Below, piece after piece: positions 15,031 to 28,979 of a stretch of 63,920 bases of DNA (its first letter is position 1; each line of letters starts with the position of its first letter). A program made the position numbers and the translations under genes. The stretch lies in contig CM052816.1 of the NCBI GenBank assembly GCA_028534125.1, positions 84,818,001 through 84,881,920 on the forward strand. The letters run 5' to 3'. The notes under the pieces are model-generated. The model searched no databases and was not told the origin of the DNA. It worked only from the letters and a program-made list of their open reading frames with translations. Source of the DNA: Lama glama. Lineage: Eukaryota.

Positions 15031-15525
15031 GAGCACTAAAGAGATCCTGCCTAGCTCATTTAATGAAATCTGTAGCTAAATTAGGTAACTGCTTATGCCA
15101 GTATTGTAGTATTACTTGTTTTTGAGTGACTCCAAATATATTTAATACAAAATTGTTAGTGTTTAACAAATTAAGCAGTAGTTTTTCTCTTAAAATGCTT
15201 TCAAAAAATTAAGTATCTTGATGGTTTTTATTTCTAAATCAGTTTGAAAATAATTACTTATTATTTATGTTTTTCTTTTAGTAGAAGTATCCTTCTAGAT
15301 AGCTTTCCTGTGTCAATCAAATGAGGTCACTTTCTGTCATATTTTAGAACTAACAGCAATAAAAATACAGAAGAAGATAGGTAGGTAGATAGATAGAATC
15401 TTTATGTTTCAGAAACTAGCAATATCAATTATAAAACTTCTACCCAAACACAGGGGCAAGGATACAGTTTTCATAGATGTTGGAGAATGAAAATATGAAA
15501 AACATGAAGTGATTATACTTAGCAG

Positions 15526-16076
15526 TGTTACCCCAAAAGGGGAAGGGAAAAAGCGTTGGTTCTTGTCTTGCCTGAAGGGAAGAATTCAGACAGGAGACAA
15601 AAGTGTTGTGTAGTGAAAGATTCTAAAAATTTTATTAGCAAAGCAAAAGTACACCTCCAAGAGTGGAAGGCAGGCTGATCCAAGGAAGGATAGCAGTGGT
15701 CTTTGTTTGTCCCTTCTCTTACATCCTCACTTAGAGGTGGTCTCCTGATTGACTGATGGCTCTTGCCCCAGAGTGCTTAGCCATGCTCATCTTCTTTTGC
15801 ACATGTTGTTACCCATGATGCACAGAGAAAAGCCCAAGGAGGGGGGCCTAAACCACAATGCTTATTATATTACAATGAGCACTGGGTCATGTCCAGTTAG
15901 GTCCTTGTCACTACTGCACAGTCATGGCCGGCAGGTTCTAACCAGTTTCTTGCTGGCACTCACTTAGAGGAAGTAAAGCCCCTTATGCTGCAGGAGGGCA
16001 TATTACCATCTTCTGGACCATCCTCCCTCTCCCCCACCTATCTGCCTGGTGCCCCCACTTATCTAACTGCCTAAGA
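15526..16076 (-). mobile_element. ERV1-class solo LTR
   Basis: GC-richer block of about 550 bp, TGTTA...CTAAGA (decayed CA end). Minus-strand AATAAA (TTTATT 15631-15636). Near-TSD GCAG/GTAG. Confidence 0.8.
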
Positions 16077-17044
16077 GTAGTAAATTTTTAAACTCCACTT
16101 TCTTTAGAAATTATGACCATAGATTCTATTTGGGCTTGTGTCAAAATAATTTTCCAGGGTAGAAATCTTTCTGATAGTCATTTTTATTCATTTTATTTGT
16201 TTGGATTCACCTTTTCAATGTAAAATTACACATTGGTTTCAGTATTTTCTCTGCTGAATGAACATAGTAAACCCAATCCCCAGGTTGCTGAAGTGGAGAA
16301 GCAACTGTTAATGTCACCAGAACTAGAAATGTGAAGCTGAAATTGGGGATATATAAACAGTGCTAGTAGTCATTTTCCATATAGAAATGTTATTCAAGGG
16401 ACTCTAAAGAGTTCATTTAGAAAAATAATAAAATGACTTTTCATGGTTATAAACTGGTCACATTTTTAAAAGAAAATATAGCTCATCATTCTGAAAGCTG
16501 GAAAATTGAATTTATTCTATAGTTCAATGAGAATCACAGAGTAGAGTGATGGTGATAACCCTCCTGTGGTCACATTATTATCATTCTCATTCTGCTGCTT
16601 TTACACAAAAGTTGATACAATGATTTAGGGACTTTACATGGTACTTCAAAAAGACTTTAAGAAAAGAAATCTATCATATTTAAACTAGAAAGACTTTTCC
16701 AATGCACACATTTTTTAATGAATTTTTTAATTGTTATTTTTTAGTGTGGTCCTGTAAAGTTACTTCTTATTCCTATTATCTCAAGATATAATACTAAAAT
16801 TCAAACAAATTTAAGGAAATGTACAATTAATTATAGTCCTTCTGGAATATTCACATCACATTATATTGTATCCATTTAAAAACTATTTATTTGAGATCTC
16901 TAATGGGTAGATACTATAATTCTTGGGCAAATGAGGACAAGATAATAGTATATTCTTAGAAATTTGTAATCTATATTACAAAAAAATAGAGCAAGGAAAA
17001 AAGCTCTCTGATGTTGGATAGTTAAAATAATTTCCAATTGATGT

Positions 17045-17250
17045 AAAAGAGTATGAATAGTGTGACTAAGAATACAGATTTTGAAGTTACAGAGACTTGG
17101 ACTAGTATTTTTAGTTCCACTTATCAACCACAAGCAAATTGTTTTTTCCAAGTAATATAGACCTTCTATTTTGGCTTGTGATCACTAAAAGTAGGATAAT
17201 GATATCATAATGATCTAATGAAATTGCTAAAAGGATTATATGAGATAATC
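17045..17250 (+). mobile_element. Degraded MIR
   Basis: Weak match to the MIR head and core (GTGACTAAGAATACAGATTTTGAAGTTACAGAGACTTGG; ATTATATGAGATAAT). Confidence 0.5.
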
Positions 17251-17959
17251 ATCTGGATTTAATGAGATTATAATTGACTAGTCCAGAGAAATCACTTTCT
17301 GATTCATAGTCAGGAAGATTTATCATATAGGTATTTGTTTTTAACTCATTTATACTCATTTCTGAAATGGAGAAGATATTCTTACTTCCAATATTAAGTT
17401 AGATTTTATGATGATTAACTAATAATTAGTGAATCACCATGAAATAGGGTGATATTAAAAATTTTGTGACTGGTAAGATATTAGGTATAGTCAAATCAAA
17501 ATAAATGTTGAGTATAAACTGTCAGTAATAGATAACTATTATAAACCAAGTGAATATCAGCCTAATAAAAAGATAAATACATACAAAAAGAAAATACATC
17601 ATATATACAAAATGAAGATAAGCATGTTAATAGTTTCTATTGAAAATGTGTGCTTTGACACCATAATTTTTTTCTGTTCCTTGTTTTGTTTTGTTTTTGT
17701 TTAGGACTATACTTGTATCTTTCTGCAAGTCTAATATACATTGTGACAGGTGGATCTTGCTTAAGATGACAGCTGTCAGTTGACAAATGAATGTGCAGAA
17801 AAAGATAATTCATTTTTAGTTTTTACAAGAGTATTGGTAGTATACCAACAATAATTCAACCCAAATTAAAGAAATTCTAATTTCCTATAAGGCAGTCATT
17901 GTTATATGAGGTTTCTTACAAACTCTACTATTTTTCTCCAATTAAAGAAAATTTTATTA

Positions 17960-19390
17960 CTCAATGTCCATAATTTACATCCAAGTTTCTTGGTATTATA
18001 CAATCTGTAGGTTTTGACAAATGTATAATGACATCTATCTGCATTATAGTAGCATATAATAATTCTCTGTGTTCTTCCTATTCATCCCACCCTCTACCAC
18101 ACCCCTAGCAATCATTGATCCTTTTACTATCTCCATGGTTTTGCTTTTTCCAGATGGTCATATAACTGGAATCATACAGTATGTAGCCTTTTCAGATTGA
18201 CTTCTTTCACTTAATAATATGTACTTGATTCCTCCATGTCTTTTCATTTCTTGCTATCATATTTATTTTTAGCATTGAATAATATTCCATTATCTGCACG
18301 TACCAAAGTTTATTTAATCATTCATCAGTTGAAAGTCATCTTGTTTGCTTCCAGGTGTTGGAAATTATAAATAAAGGTACATAAATATACATGTGCAGGT
18401 TTTTGTATGGACATAAATTTTCAACTCTTAAGGTAAATACCAAGGAACACAATTGCTGGGTCATATGGTAAGAATAGGTTTAGTTTAGTAAGAAACTGTC
18501 AAACTGTCTTTCTAAATGGTTGTACCACTTTGCATTCCCATCAATAATAAATGAGAGTTTTTGTTGCTCCATATCTTTCTCAGCATTTGGTATTGCCCCG
18601 TATTTTGGATTTTTGCCATTCTAATAGATATGTAGTGGTGACTTATTTTTGTTTTAATATGCAATTCCTTAATGACAAATGATTTTGAATATATTTTCAT
18701 ATGCTTATTTGCCATCTGTATATCTTTTTGGTAAGGTATCTGTTTGAGTCTTTTGCCCATATTTTAAGTGGGTTGTTGATTTTCTTATTGTTGAGTTTTA
18801 AGTGTTCTTTGTATATTTTAGTTAACAGTCCTTTATCAGATAGGTCTTCTGCAAGTGCATTTTTTTTATAGTCTGTGGTTTGTCTTCTTATTTTCTTGAC
18901 AATACTTTCTACAGAGTAAAAATGTTTAATTTTAATGAAGTCCAGCTTATTAATTCTTTCCTTCATGGACTGTGCCTTTGGTGTTGTATCTAAAAAGTTA
19001 TCACTGTTTTGCAAGTTGATGTAGATTTTCTCCTATGTCATTTTCTAAAAGTTTTATAGTTTTCTATACCACATTTAGATCTATGATCCATTTTCTGTTA
19101 ATTTTTGTGAAGGGTGTAAAGTCTGTGTATTGATTTCCTTTTATGCATGTGGATGTCCAGTTGTCCCAGCACCATTTGTTGAAAAGACTGTCTTTTGTAT
19201 TGTATTTTCTCTTTTTTCAGAGATAAATTGACTCTATTTATGTGGGCTATTTCTGGGCTCTATTCTGTTCCATTGATCTATTTCTTTTACCAATACCATA
19301 CTGTCTTGATTACTGTAGCTTTATATAAGGTTTGAAGTTGGATAGTGTCAGACCTTTGATTTTGTTCTTCTCCTTTAATATTATGTTGGG
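17960..19390 (-). mobile_element. L1 (L1MC-like) 3' portion: ORF2 C-terminus and 3' UTR
   Basis: Minus ORFs 18697-19014 (FLDTTPKAQSMKERINKLDFIKIK...KIWAKD) and 18512-18760 (KDIQMANKHMK) are frameshifted pieces of the L1 ORF2 C-terminus. Confidence 0.92.
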
Positions 19391-19458
19391 AAAGGATTTT
19401 TTAATTTAATAAAATATAGAATGAGAATTGTTTTCAAGTATTATTTAATATTCTAGCA

Positions 19459-19674
19459 CAAGGATTGGCAAATTTTTTTCTAAAGAGTCAGAAAATATAT
19501 ATTATAGACTTGTGAACAACGTGGTCTCTGTGCTATTCAACACTACTGTTTTGAGGGAAACAGGCTTAGGTAAAATATAAATATATTGTAGAGTGGCTGT
19601 GGTACAACAAACTGATTGCAAAATCAGGTGCTGGGCCAGATCTGGTCCATTGGCCACAATTTGCTGAATCCCCG
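19459..19674 (+). mobile_element. MER58A-like hAT-Charlie DNA transposon
   Basis: Degenerate TIRs CAAGGATTGGCAAA...TTTGCTGAATCCCCG. Flanks TTCTAGCA/TTTTAGAG resemble the 8-bp NTCTAGAN target. Confidence 0.75.
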
Positions 19675-19679
19675 TTTTA

Positions 19680-19810
19680 GAGTGTGACTTCCTCACCAGT
19701 AGGAACATCCATGGGAAAGGGACCGTATCTGTTTTGTATACTATGTCTAACAGGTATCAAACAAAGTTCTTGGCACATAGTGTGGACTTAATGCATTTAT
19801 AGTGAAGAGA
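19680..19810 (+). mobile_element. L2 3' end
   Basis: TCCATGGGAAAGGGACCGTATCTGTTTTGT...CTTGGCACATAGTGTGGACTTAAT resembles the L2 tail. Confidence 0.6.
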
Positions 19811-21406
19811 TAAACAGAAAAATATTTTTCATTAGAAACATCTATTAATATTTTAGTTCATAGAAAATACATTTTACCTTAATTCAGTAGTGTACATCCT
19901 GTTCAGCAAAGCATAAATTTCATTAAAAGGATTCTGGTTATAACAAGCTATTGATTAATATATATCCCTCAGCGAGGAGAGTATTATTGCATATTACTCT
20001 ATGAATAATATATGCAATCATCCACATTTACGGATATCAGTTTGTATAATCTGATAAGGAGTCTATAACATAAAAAGAAAAAATTGGTAATAATTCCCAT
20101 TAGTTAACCATAATTTCTGTGTTCCATACTGATGACTCTATGTAAGATTTGTAATGGAAAAATACACTTGGCTAAAATACATATTATATATACAAATTTC
20201 TCACATCTTTGAAGTAGATACTCTCACCCAAACACAAAATACACTGCTGATATTTTCCAGTAGGTTTTGTTGTATAAATGAGAGATTTCTTCTGAAAACT
20301 CAGTTTATTTCATACTTTAATTAAGCATCTCAAAATGTCTGCATAAAGTTATTTAGGAGTACATTTATTTCTGTAATTTACAGCCTATTTTAGTAGTCAA
20401 CTGTGGTATTAATATTCATATTTAATTCTAGCCTGCTAATATTCCTTATTCTAATTAGAATATGCAAACCTTTGTTATTATTCACTGCTAACATCCCATT
20501 AACAAATCACATGGGAAAAAATGTTCTTTAGCACATTGAGAGTGCAATCTGAAATAGGGATTTTGTTCTACTGGGATCTGAGAAGCATACTGGTATAGAT
20601 AATCAGAAATGGACAATTATCTAGAAGAGTATTTTGTTTTTGCTGATGAAAAATTATATTTATGGATTAAAATTTTATTTATTAACATAAATATATATGA
20701 GAAATACATGAGAAATGAGTTTGCAAAAATCATGTGGGGTTTTTTTCTTTTAATAAAATTACTTTTAATAAATTATTACATCTCAGAAATTAGAAGTTTT
20801 TCGTAGCATACCAAATTTCACTTTATGACTAAACTTTACACTGTAAAATCTTTAATTCTTATAATATTGAATAATCGTGGAGCTTGAAGGAGCCCCAAGA
20901 GTTTTCTAAAAATTAATACAATATCTTCTTTGTGGACTATAAAATTACCATATTTATTGGTGTCATTTTTGATCATAAGAAAGCAATATGAATGACTGAT
21001 GATGAAAATTCTCCAGCCAAGTTCTCTTCAATAGCTATTGAATATCCAACCAAATATCTTAGTGGATTTCATTAGTGTCAACAGGAATTCTCTATTTTAA
21101 GTAAATTTCTAAAGCACAGTGAACTAAGTGGTCCTATCTAATGTCAGCCATTGAGTTTTCTGAATTTGTTTCCATAGTAGCACATTTAGACCCATGGTAA
21201 ATAAAGGTTTTACTTATACCTTGTATTACTAATGAATAACAGCCAGAAATGTTAAAGAGCAGAAACAAAGATTTAATACAGTCTATTAAACTACACTTTA
21301 TGTTTTAACAAATAGTTTCCTACTAATGCACAACCACAGTTATGACTGCCCAATATTCACTACTGTGGCACTCCAGTCCAACAATCTGTCATGACTTTAT
21401 TTCCCC

Positions 21407-21503
21407 TTTTCTTTTGTTTAATGGAGGTACTGGAGATTGAACCCAGACCTCATGCATGCAAAGTATGCAGTTACTCTACCACTGAGTGCTATCCCCACCC
21501 ACC
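21407..21503 (-). mobile_element. Camelid tRNA-derived SINE (Vic-1-like)
   Basis: Reverse complement of the element at 51278 (ATGGAGGTACTGGAGATTGAACCCAG...CTCTACCACTGAG). T-rich tail on the left. Degenerate TSD TGACTTTAT/TGACCTTAT. Confidence 0.85.
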
Positions 21504-22316
21504 TCTGGCCCTGACCTTATACATGCATCATGGTCTCCTATCTCTCAAGCAATTTATAGGACATTTCCACTTGCATGTGCTGCCTTTGCTTCAAAGTCTG
21601 TGGTTTAAAAATTGACATCATAATTTTCCTTTCTCTCAGCATTCCTATCTCCGAATAAATAAGGCTAGAAAGGTTAACTTTTCCTCTAGGGTAAGTTCAG
21701 ACAACAATTATAAGTGCCTCAACAATTTAACCTTCCCTATGATCTGGATTGAAATATTTTATGTGGGTCTAGACTCAAGCTCTTCATAATGAATACATCC
21801 AGTGAAAAATAATAATTTGACTTTAATCCTCAATATATTAAAAAGGTTAATATTAACTACACTTCACTGATGTAAGATCTGAGACTTAGTTTTGTCAGCT
21901 TGCTCAAAATTGCATTGCTGATGGGACTGTAAAAGGCTATAAAAATAAAAAAGTGTCAACTATCTGGGGAGAAAAAGGAGAAAGGAGTATCTTTGAGAAG
22001 ACAGAGAACACAATGGAGACAGTAAAGGGAAATACAGTGAGGTATTCCATGGGCCAATTGAACAATATTACCAAACATTGATTCTATTAAATATTAATAC
22101 TGTTAAACAGCAAAGAATAAAGTGCATTTTTATTTTCATTTAATTTTTTTCAAAATTGACTGAACTGAATTAATTGTGATTTTCTTTGATTTAGTCAATA
22201 TAACTTCTTATTTAACTATGTAAGAATTTTTACACTATTTAGTATTTTGAGTACATTCTTTGAAATGTTCTCCCACATTGGTTTATCATTACTGGTTATT
22301 TCAGTACTTCTGTATC

Positions 22317-22445
22317 AGCACAGTTCTGCAGAACTTTCTTCTCTGTCTAATGTGGTAGCCAGTAGTCACTTGTGACTACTGAAGTCAGGCTGGTGACATG
22401 GAGGAAATGATTTTTAAATTTTGTTTAATTTTAATTAATTCAAGT
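22317..22445. mobile_element. MER3/MER33-like hAT fragment
   Basis: CTGTCTAATGTGGTAGCCAGTAGTCACTTGTGACTACTGA and TTTTAAATTTTGTTTAATTTTAATTAATT motifs. Confidence 0.65.
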
Positions 22446-22604
22446 AAAAACTTTCTGTATTGTATTCTGATGAATGATGGTAACAGTCTTTTACCTAGTC
22501 TATGCTACCTTAACAATTTAAATATTATTTTATCTCTCTTATTACTGTTTGCTTTATGTTTGTGTGTGTTTGTATGTGTGTGTGCACATACATGTTTGTG
22601 AATG

Positions 22605-23030
22605 TATGTGATTTCGGGTTCTGCAGGAAGTGTGACAATTTATTGGGAGTAACATCTGGTAAAGATAAAGAGGGGAACGAGGAGGAGTAGGCTGGAATAT
22701 CATACAGGCTGTGATGCAGCTCAGACACAGGTGACAGGGGAGGGAGAATGGGTAGAAAGGACACAGGTTGCAGGAAAGCCCTGAGAAAGTCTGAACCAAC
22801 TCAGTGGAAAATTCAAGAGCAAAGGAGTCCTGTTTGGGGCAGAATTTTTCAGAAACTAGTACTCCCAACATACTCAGTTGCTGGGGAGTTGCCGGGGGAG
22901 AAAGTAGATCTAGGTCTTATGCTACAGAAGATTGTGAAGACAGCTAGAGGCTGTCAGATCACTGGCTTCCTTACTACAAATTCTCTCTTATGTGGGTTTG
23001 GAGTTGTATCTCTCCACACTGTCAGTCACC
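22605..23030 (-). mobile_element. LTR16-family 3' LTR of a decayed ERV-L
   Basis: LTR16-like motifs with minus-strand AATAAA (TTTATT near 22640), adjacent to the ERV-L internal sequence. Confidence 0.65.
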
Positions 23031-23080
23031 TCTTTTGATCTACAGATCTTATTTGATATACAAGTTTGGGGACCAGACAA

Positions 23081-23517
23081 TGAAATAAACATGATCAGAT
23101 AAACCAGAGGTAGTAACAGATGACAAATTTCACTGGGAAGCATTTGGACAGGGGTGTGCCTGAGAGGAAAAGTCCCTCACAGCATAAGACCATCCAAAAG
23201 GAGAAGCGAGTCAGACAGCTTACATGTCTAGGTGAAGTCACAGCAGTGGAACAAGGTGTCTCTGGGTCAGAGAGCTGTGAAGGGCAGCAGTGGTTTATAG
23301 TCTTATAATCACAGCCTTTTCCTTATTAATGACTAGCAGATGTTGGGTACAGTTTAGTGAGATAGGCAAAGCAAGCATACTCTAAATGACTAAAAATCTG
23401 CTGGTTGGGCTATTTTTGAAAATAGATATGAAAAATATGAGTTTGGTGCTGGTGGTTTTTGAGCTAATTATTCTCAACTGCCTGTGAATAAATATACAAT
23501 CTAGGGGTCAATATACA
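23081..23517 (-). mobile_element. Solo LTR (MER54/MER74-like) nested in the ERV-L
   Basis: Block of about 437 bp bounded by TG...CA (ending GGGGTCAATATACA) and unrelated to the flanking ERV-L sequence. No clean TSD; family assignment is tentative. Confidence 0.55.
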
Positions 23518-26500
23518 GAGTCCATCGTTGGTTCATTTATGTAACAGATAGCTGTTACTTTCTGTTAAATAGGGCTCTTGCTGTGTCTTTTGTAAGAGTA
23601 CACCCCCTTTGTGAACCAGATCTCTAACCCTACATAACCCACAGTTGTGGCAACAGGAAGCAAGCAGATTTCATTGTTCTTTGAGAGTGAGGATGAGTGG
23701 GGTCCCTCTTGTTTCCATCTCTTTATTCTCAGCCTCATGTGTTCTTCTGATTGGGAACACTGCTCCATTCAAATGTTTCTGATTCTGTGAGTATACCACA
23801 TCCTACAGAATGACAACCCCCCTACCCCCTAGAGAATTGCCTCCATGCTGGTGCCTCATCAGTTCTTTCAGGAGACCATTCTGGAGCCACCTGCTTCAGG
23901 GTGGTGAAGCATTACCTTTGCTGTGAAACGTGTCTGCTGGCTAAGTTCTATATCATGGAATTTCATGTCTATGGATCAGACATCCTGTATGCCGCTGGAT
24001 GGTGGGTGCTGGCTGAGACTCTGTGTGCCAGAAAGGCAAATTCACACCTGGACTCTTTATTTATTCTTGTCAGAATGAACCTCTGACTTATACACGATGG
24101 AATAAACTCATTGTAATTGACCTATAATTGGCAACCATGTGGCCCAATTGATTTTTTTCAGAAACAGTGCCAAACTAGGAGCCTGGCCTTAGTCTCTTTT
24201 GTGAGCAAATTTGTCACACAGCTGTGGCAAAAGCTAGCACAGTTTTGGTGAGTAGAAGTCTATGCTATTAGGCCCATGTGTAGACTTCATCTCTTCCACC
24301 ATGACCACGCTACTGTTTACCTATCAAGTCAGCCAGAGGTGAGTGATGACAAAAACTGACTAATACTTGCTGATTATCTACTTGTTTACTTGCTTTCTCA
24401 GTGCCTCTGGTATGGTTGATTCTTACTAGTGGGTGCTGTTGGTAACAGAGCAATAGTTAACAATCTCCACATTGCTGTAACTCCCATATGTCTAGCCACA
24501 TATCTCTATACCAGACATACTTGCTTTTGATCTTTCAGATCTTTTTCTTGCAGGTCCCTGTCTGGCAGCCAGGCCATTTGCCACAGCTTATGATTCTGAA
24601 TAAGTTTTCATATTGGACCACTTTCCTTTCATATAAAGAGGATAATCAGGTATTATAATAATCAGATAACGAGTCTAACTTTGGCCCTTTGGAAAGATTT
24701 TCCTTCTCCACTGTCTTTCAAGAACATGTCTCTGTCTATGTTTGGCTTAAACTCACATATTAAGGTTAGTCATCAGTAAACTGAGGTCAGATTCCTTCAA
24801 CTAGCTGTGCAGGACCTCCTCCCTTATTGACATAGAAAGTAACTAAGGGAAATACGCTAGTACACCATGGTGGATGAAATGGGAGTCCATGTTACGGACT
24901 CATGCAGCTTACTAGTGCCCTCTGGCCTGGCTTAGGATTGATCCTAGATATACTGTTTCCAAATTATGGTAAAATTCTGCTAAGCCTGTACGACAGTATG
25001 TCTCATTAGATTTGAGAGAACTCAGCTCATAATGGATAATTCGTGTCCTTCTATCAGGTCTGAGTAGATTACAGAAGCTGTTTCTCAAAAAACATACAAT
25101 CCTTTGCTGCAGGCCTTGCTACAGATATTCAGGAACCTATATTGTGATTCTCCCACAATTTTTTTTCATAAACTCTAGATTCCCCTTACTGACACCCCCA
25201 TCATAGGGTCTGCCAGATTGCATGTTTCAAACAACAGGTCTGCTTGGGTCACAGCCTGAACATACTGTCTCTTGGTCTTACTCCCATCTTTTCATGCAAC
25301 CCAGATTGTAGATTAGAGCAGTATTACTAGGTATGGAATGCACTGCCTTTAGGAACCAAGAGCCCTATTAATCATTGTGCTCCCTTCTTTATATCAAGAG
25401 GATGCAAGATGGAAAAATTTGTCTTTTACTTTGATGGAAATATCATAGGATGCCCTCTAGAACTCTATAGAAGTGGTAGGTTTGTGAAACTTTCTCTCTC
25501 ATCCCTGAAGCACATGTTTTTCATCAATTTCCATAGCAGCTTAGACTCCTCTTGCTCATCCTGCCTTATAAACCTAATCTTATTTATGTAATTGAGCAAT
25601 GTGATATTCTTTGGGATGTCCAGACAAATCAGATCATTTTGTACTGAAAGCAGGAGATCTATATAGTCATAGGGCAAAATAGTAAAGGAATATTGTTGAT
25701 TTTTCTGTGAATGCAAACTATTTTTGATCCTTTTTGTTGACTGGGATAGGGGAAAAAAAACCCAAAAAAGTTTGCTAAATCAATAGCCATATATCATATA
25801 CCCTTTTAAACTACATTAGCAATGATACTACATTCAGCGTGGAGCTAAGATCAGGACTACTAACTGTTTTAGCTTGTTATAGTCTACAGTCACTCTCCAG
25901 GATTCATCGGGTTGCCACAGTAACCAGACCAGTGGCTTAAATGCAGATACGATGGAGATCATCAGCCTTGCATTTTTTAGACAAATGCTAGCACTAATCT
26001 CTGCCATTGGGGGCAGAGCCCAAGTCTTTGACCACAATTCTGTTTAGAGACTGCAGTGCATTAGCTGTGCACCGTCTGGTGTGGGGAGGGAGTCTTTCTT
26101 TGTGAGACTTTCTAGGTACAGTCTTTGTGATTACCTGTGGACAGACCGGACGGTCACATACAGAATTATGATCTTGAGCTGGACTCAAACCATTTAGCTG
26201 TCTCTCCATGGCTGTTAAACTAGCTAAAGCCCTCTGACTTCTGGCAGTCTACAATCCTGCCTCAATTGCTCCCAGGTTCAAAAATACCCATGTCTATTAA
26301 TGAGCCAAGAGACTCTATCCCCAACTTCAACCCTGGGCAGCAGCAGAGATCCAACACCAAACTTCTTTGTGAAGCTGGTATCTTTTCACCATTGTCATCC
26401 TGATGGCATTGGTGAATGATATGTCCTCTGAGCCTTCCTGAGGAACAAAATCCTCTGGTATTTCTTCTTACCCTATATAATATACTCATTCCTTTATGCC

Positions 26501-27380
26501 TGTATCCCTCGGCCATTTTCTCCTCCACTTGAGATAACAACTCAAGCATTCCAGCTTCTTTCACTATGAGCCATTACTCTCTCCAGACTTCTTAAAGTCT
26601 CTCTAGTAGTGAGTTTACCTTATTTGCGGGGGTCCCTGCTAGGGAGTTAAACCATGTATTTCAAATTAGTGTTCCCAAATCAAATGAACTCTTGTTCATT
26701 TAGTTTTATGTACTAAATCCATTGATCAAGCATTTTCAAAATTCAATCCACTGGTGTTAGCCAGGTCCCTGCTGGTACTTGCTAGCTACTTTAATGTGCA
26801 ATCTCTTCTTTCCCTCTTAGGCCCAGCTTGCATATGCTTTGATTTAATATTACTGGCATAAAAACTAAGAAGGAAGGTGAGATCAGCCCTTGCCTTGTGC
26901 AAAAGTAGTCTCCCTTGGCAATGTACTTCTCGTGTGGGAAGTGCTCCTTCTTATCAGCAGTGGATGAACTTCTTCAGATTCTGAGCATTCAGAGGAATCA
27001 TTGGAACCACAATCCTATGGGGATCCATCCAGATGTTTCCATCTCATATTTAGGATATTTCCATCTCATTTTCTCCCCCAGGGATCTGACCTTAGCATAA
27101 TAGGCTTGTTATGGCTGTCAAATCAATCTTTGAAAGTCTGAAATTATAGCTGAAAAATTCTGAGAATGCCATCAGTGGTGTTGGTTCCCCTACTACAAAA
27201 GACAAGGAACTACTATAAGAGATAATCTACAAAAGTGTCCCTCTGTCTTCCAAAAATCATTTCTATGGTGTGATAGCCAACCTTAATTTCTATTGTCCTC
27301 CTGGAAAGTGTCAATGTACCTTAGTAATAAGGAGACAACTCCAGTAGTTTTAAAGGTATTATTGAGTTCAGTGGTTAGGA
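23518..27380 (-). mobile_element. Decayed ERV-L internal region (gag-pol relic, ERV3-16A3-like)
   Basis: Minus ORFs give gag-like PASQRSLVLDLCCCPGLKLG (26262-26564), RT N-terminus SAFKPLVWLLWQPDESWRVTVDYNKLKQ (25834-26037), RT core QQYSFTILPYDY...LDIPKNITLLNYINKI (25465-25716) and post-integrase LLPVATTVGYVGLEI (23565-23768). The order is collinear with ERV-L. Confidence 0.88.
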
Positions 27381-27389
27381 AATTATTTC

Positions 27390-27830
27390 TTTGATAATGA
27401 CATTTCCTTTGAGGACTAAAGGATGTAGATAAACCAGGTATAGCTATATCTAGGAAAAAAACCTTCTAACTATATGAAAAAACAAATGGAAAGCCATACA
27501 ATGGAAAAAGAGCTTGGTGGACTCTAGGAATTGAGAAGAAACTAGCATAAATTAAAAATACTAGATCAAAATTACAAACAGAGGAAGGAGGCAGATTATG
27601 CATTTTCCTGTAGGCTCAGGTGGAGAATTTTGTTTTCCTCTATATACCAAGCATAGGCGACAAAATTATTTTAGTCAGACACATCATCTGATTTGACCCT
27701 CTTTATTAAATTATTAACTTGTTGTTTGGTGAATGAATTCAGTGGTAGCAGTAAGAGTTGAAATAGAGACATCAGTTCTGAAGACAGTGTAGTAGTCTAG
27801 AAAAGAGATGGAGTATTGGAGCTCCAACTG
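27390..27830 (-). mobile_element. L2 fragment
   Basis: Purine-rich stretch typical of antisense L2 (GTAGTAGTCTAGAAAAGAGATGGAG). Confidence 0.5.
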
Positions 27831-28129
27831 GTGTATGCAAATATTTTTGAGTGGCTAATGTGAACATCTTCAGGCTATATACATAGCGGAAATTATAAAG
27901 ACATCTAAATCATCCTGAAGAGATCACTACCACTATACACTTCATGCTAATGGATAATGGCATAAGGAAAATAGTGGCTTGCTGAATATTCAGACCAGCA
28001 AGACTGCCCAAGTGGCTTAGGCTTACTGGCCTATTATGACATAAATATCAAGTTTATACATCTAATTCCTTTGTATCAAATCATAATTATCTCTGCTTAT
28101 CATCAGTCTTGCACAAAGCCCAGGGTTAC

Positions 28130-28275
28130 CTTTGTTTTTCCCTTGATTTGCTTAATAGAATGTGATCTTCTTTAGGGCAAGGTAGGTCTTACTTATTTTT
28201 GTACCTTCAGATTTTAGCTCAGATGCCAGCATAAAATATGAATCCATTAAATGTGTTTTTGAATAAAGAAATGAA
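28130..28275 (+). mobile_element. L2 3' end
   Basis: TAGAATGTGATCTTCTTTAGGGCAAGG...CATTAAATGTGTTTTTGAATAAAGAAATGAA tail. Confidence 0.6.
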
Positions 28276-28979
28276 ATATTGATTGAACAGAGTGGAAAAG
28301 TCTAACAACACTTACTGAGTATATTTGTTTGGCTAGTGATACATGTTTTTTAGGTGACAAATTGGGAATTATCACTTAGTATTGAAAATAAGGTTTATAA
28401 AAGTAGAAGAATACAGAATCCGAAACTTAAACTTTTTCACTGATTCTTGATCAGCTGTGAGGAAACTAAATTGAGTGAGGATTCAGCATTTCCACTTTCC
28501 TTGAGTTCTCAAATCACCTAGCAAAATTCTAGGGGGCGATGGAGGAACGCATAGATTAAAAACATTATGAAAAAAGATTTGATTATTAGATACTTTGTTT
28601 TCCACTAAAACTGTATTTTAGTCCCGATAAACTATATTCATTGTTTAGATGTTAAAACATTCAAAACAATGCATCAGTGTTGGGGGCAGGCATTTTGGCC
28701 ATTTACAGTTTTAAGGCAACAAAAATTGACATTGGTTCATATCTGTGTATTTTTCTTGTTAAATATGATAACATCATTTAACAAATTGTTACACTATGTT
28801 TTAACTACCCAGCCCCCAAAATAAATAAATTAGGTGAGGTAAAGATAAAGAGGATAAAGATGTAGGTTTTAGCTGAGAGTGAGGGCCAAGGAATAGTTAT
28901 CAAAGACATTGTACATCAATATAAAGGCACAGAGTGGGAAACTGAACTTTAAGGTAAATTGAAGAAATATCTCAGAAAA

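Noticed and set aside
25465..26037. Possible domesticated or novel reverse transcriptase
   Set aside because: Fragmented by stops and frameshifts, with the catalytic aspartates lost; an ordinary ERV-L fossil.
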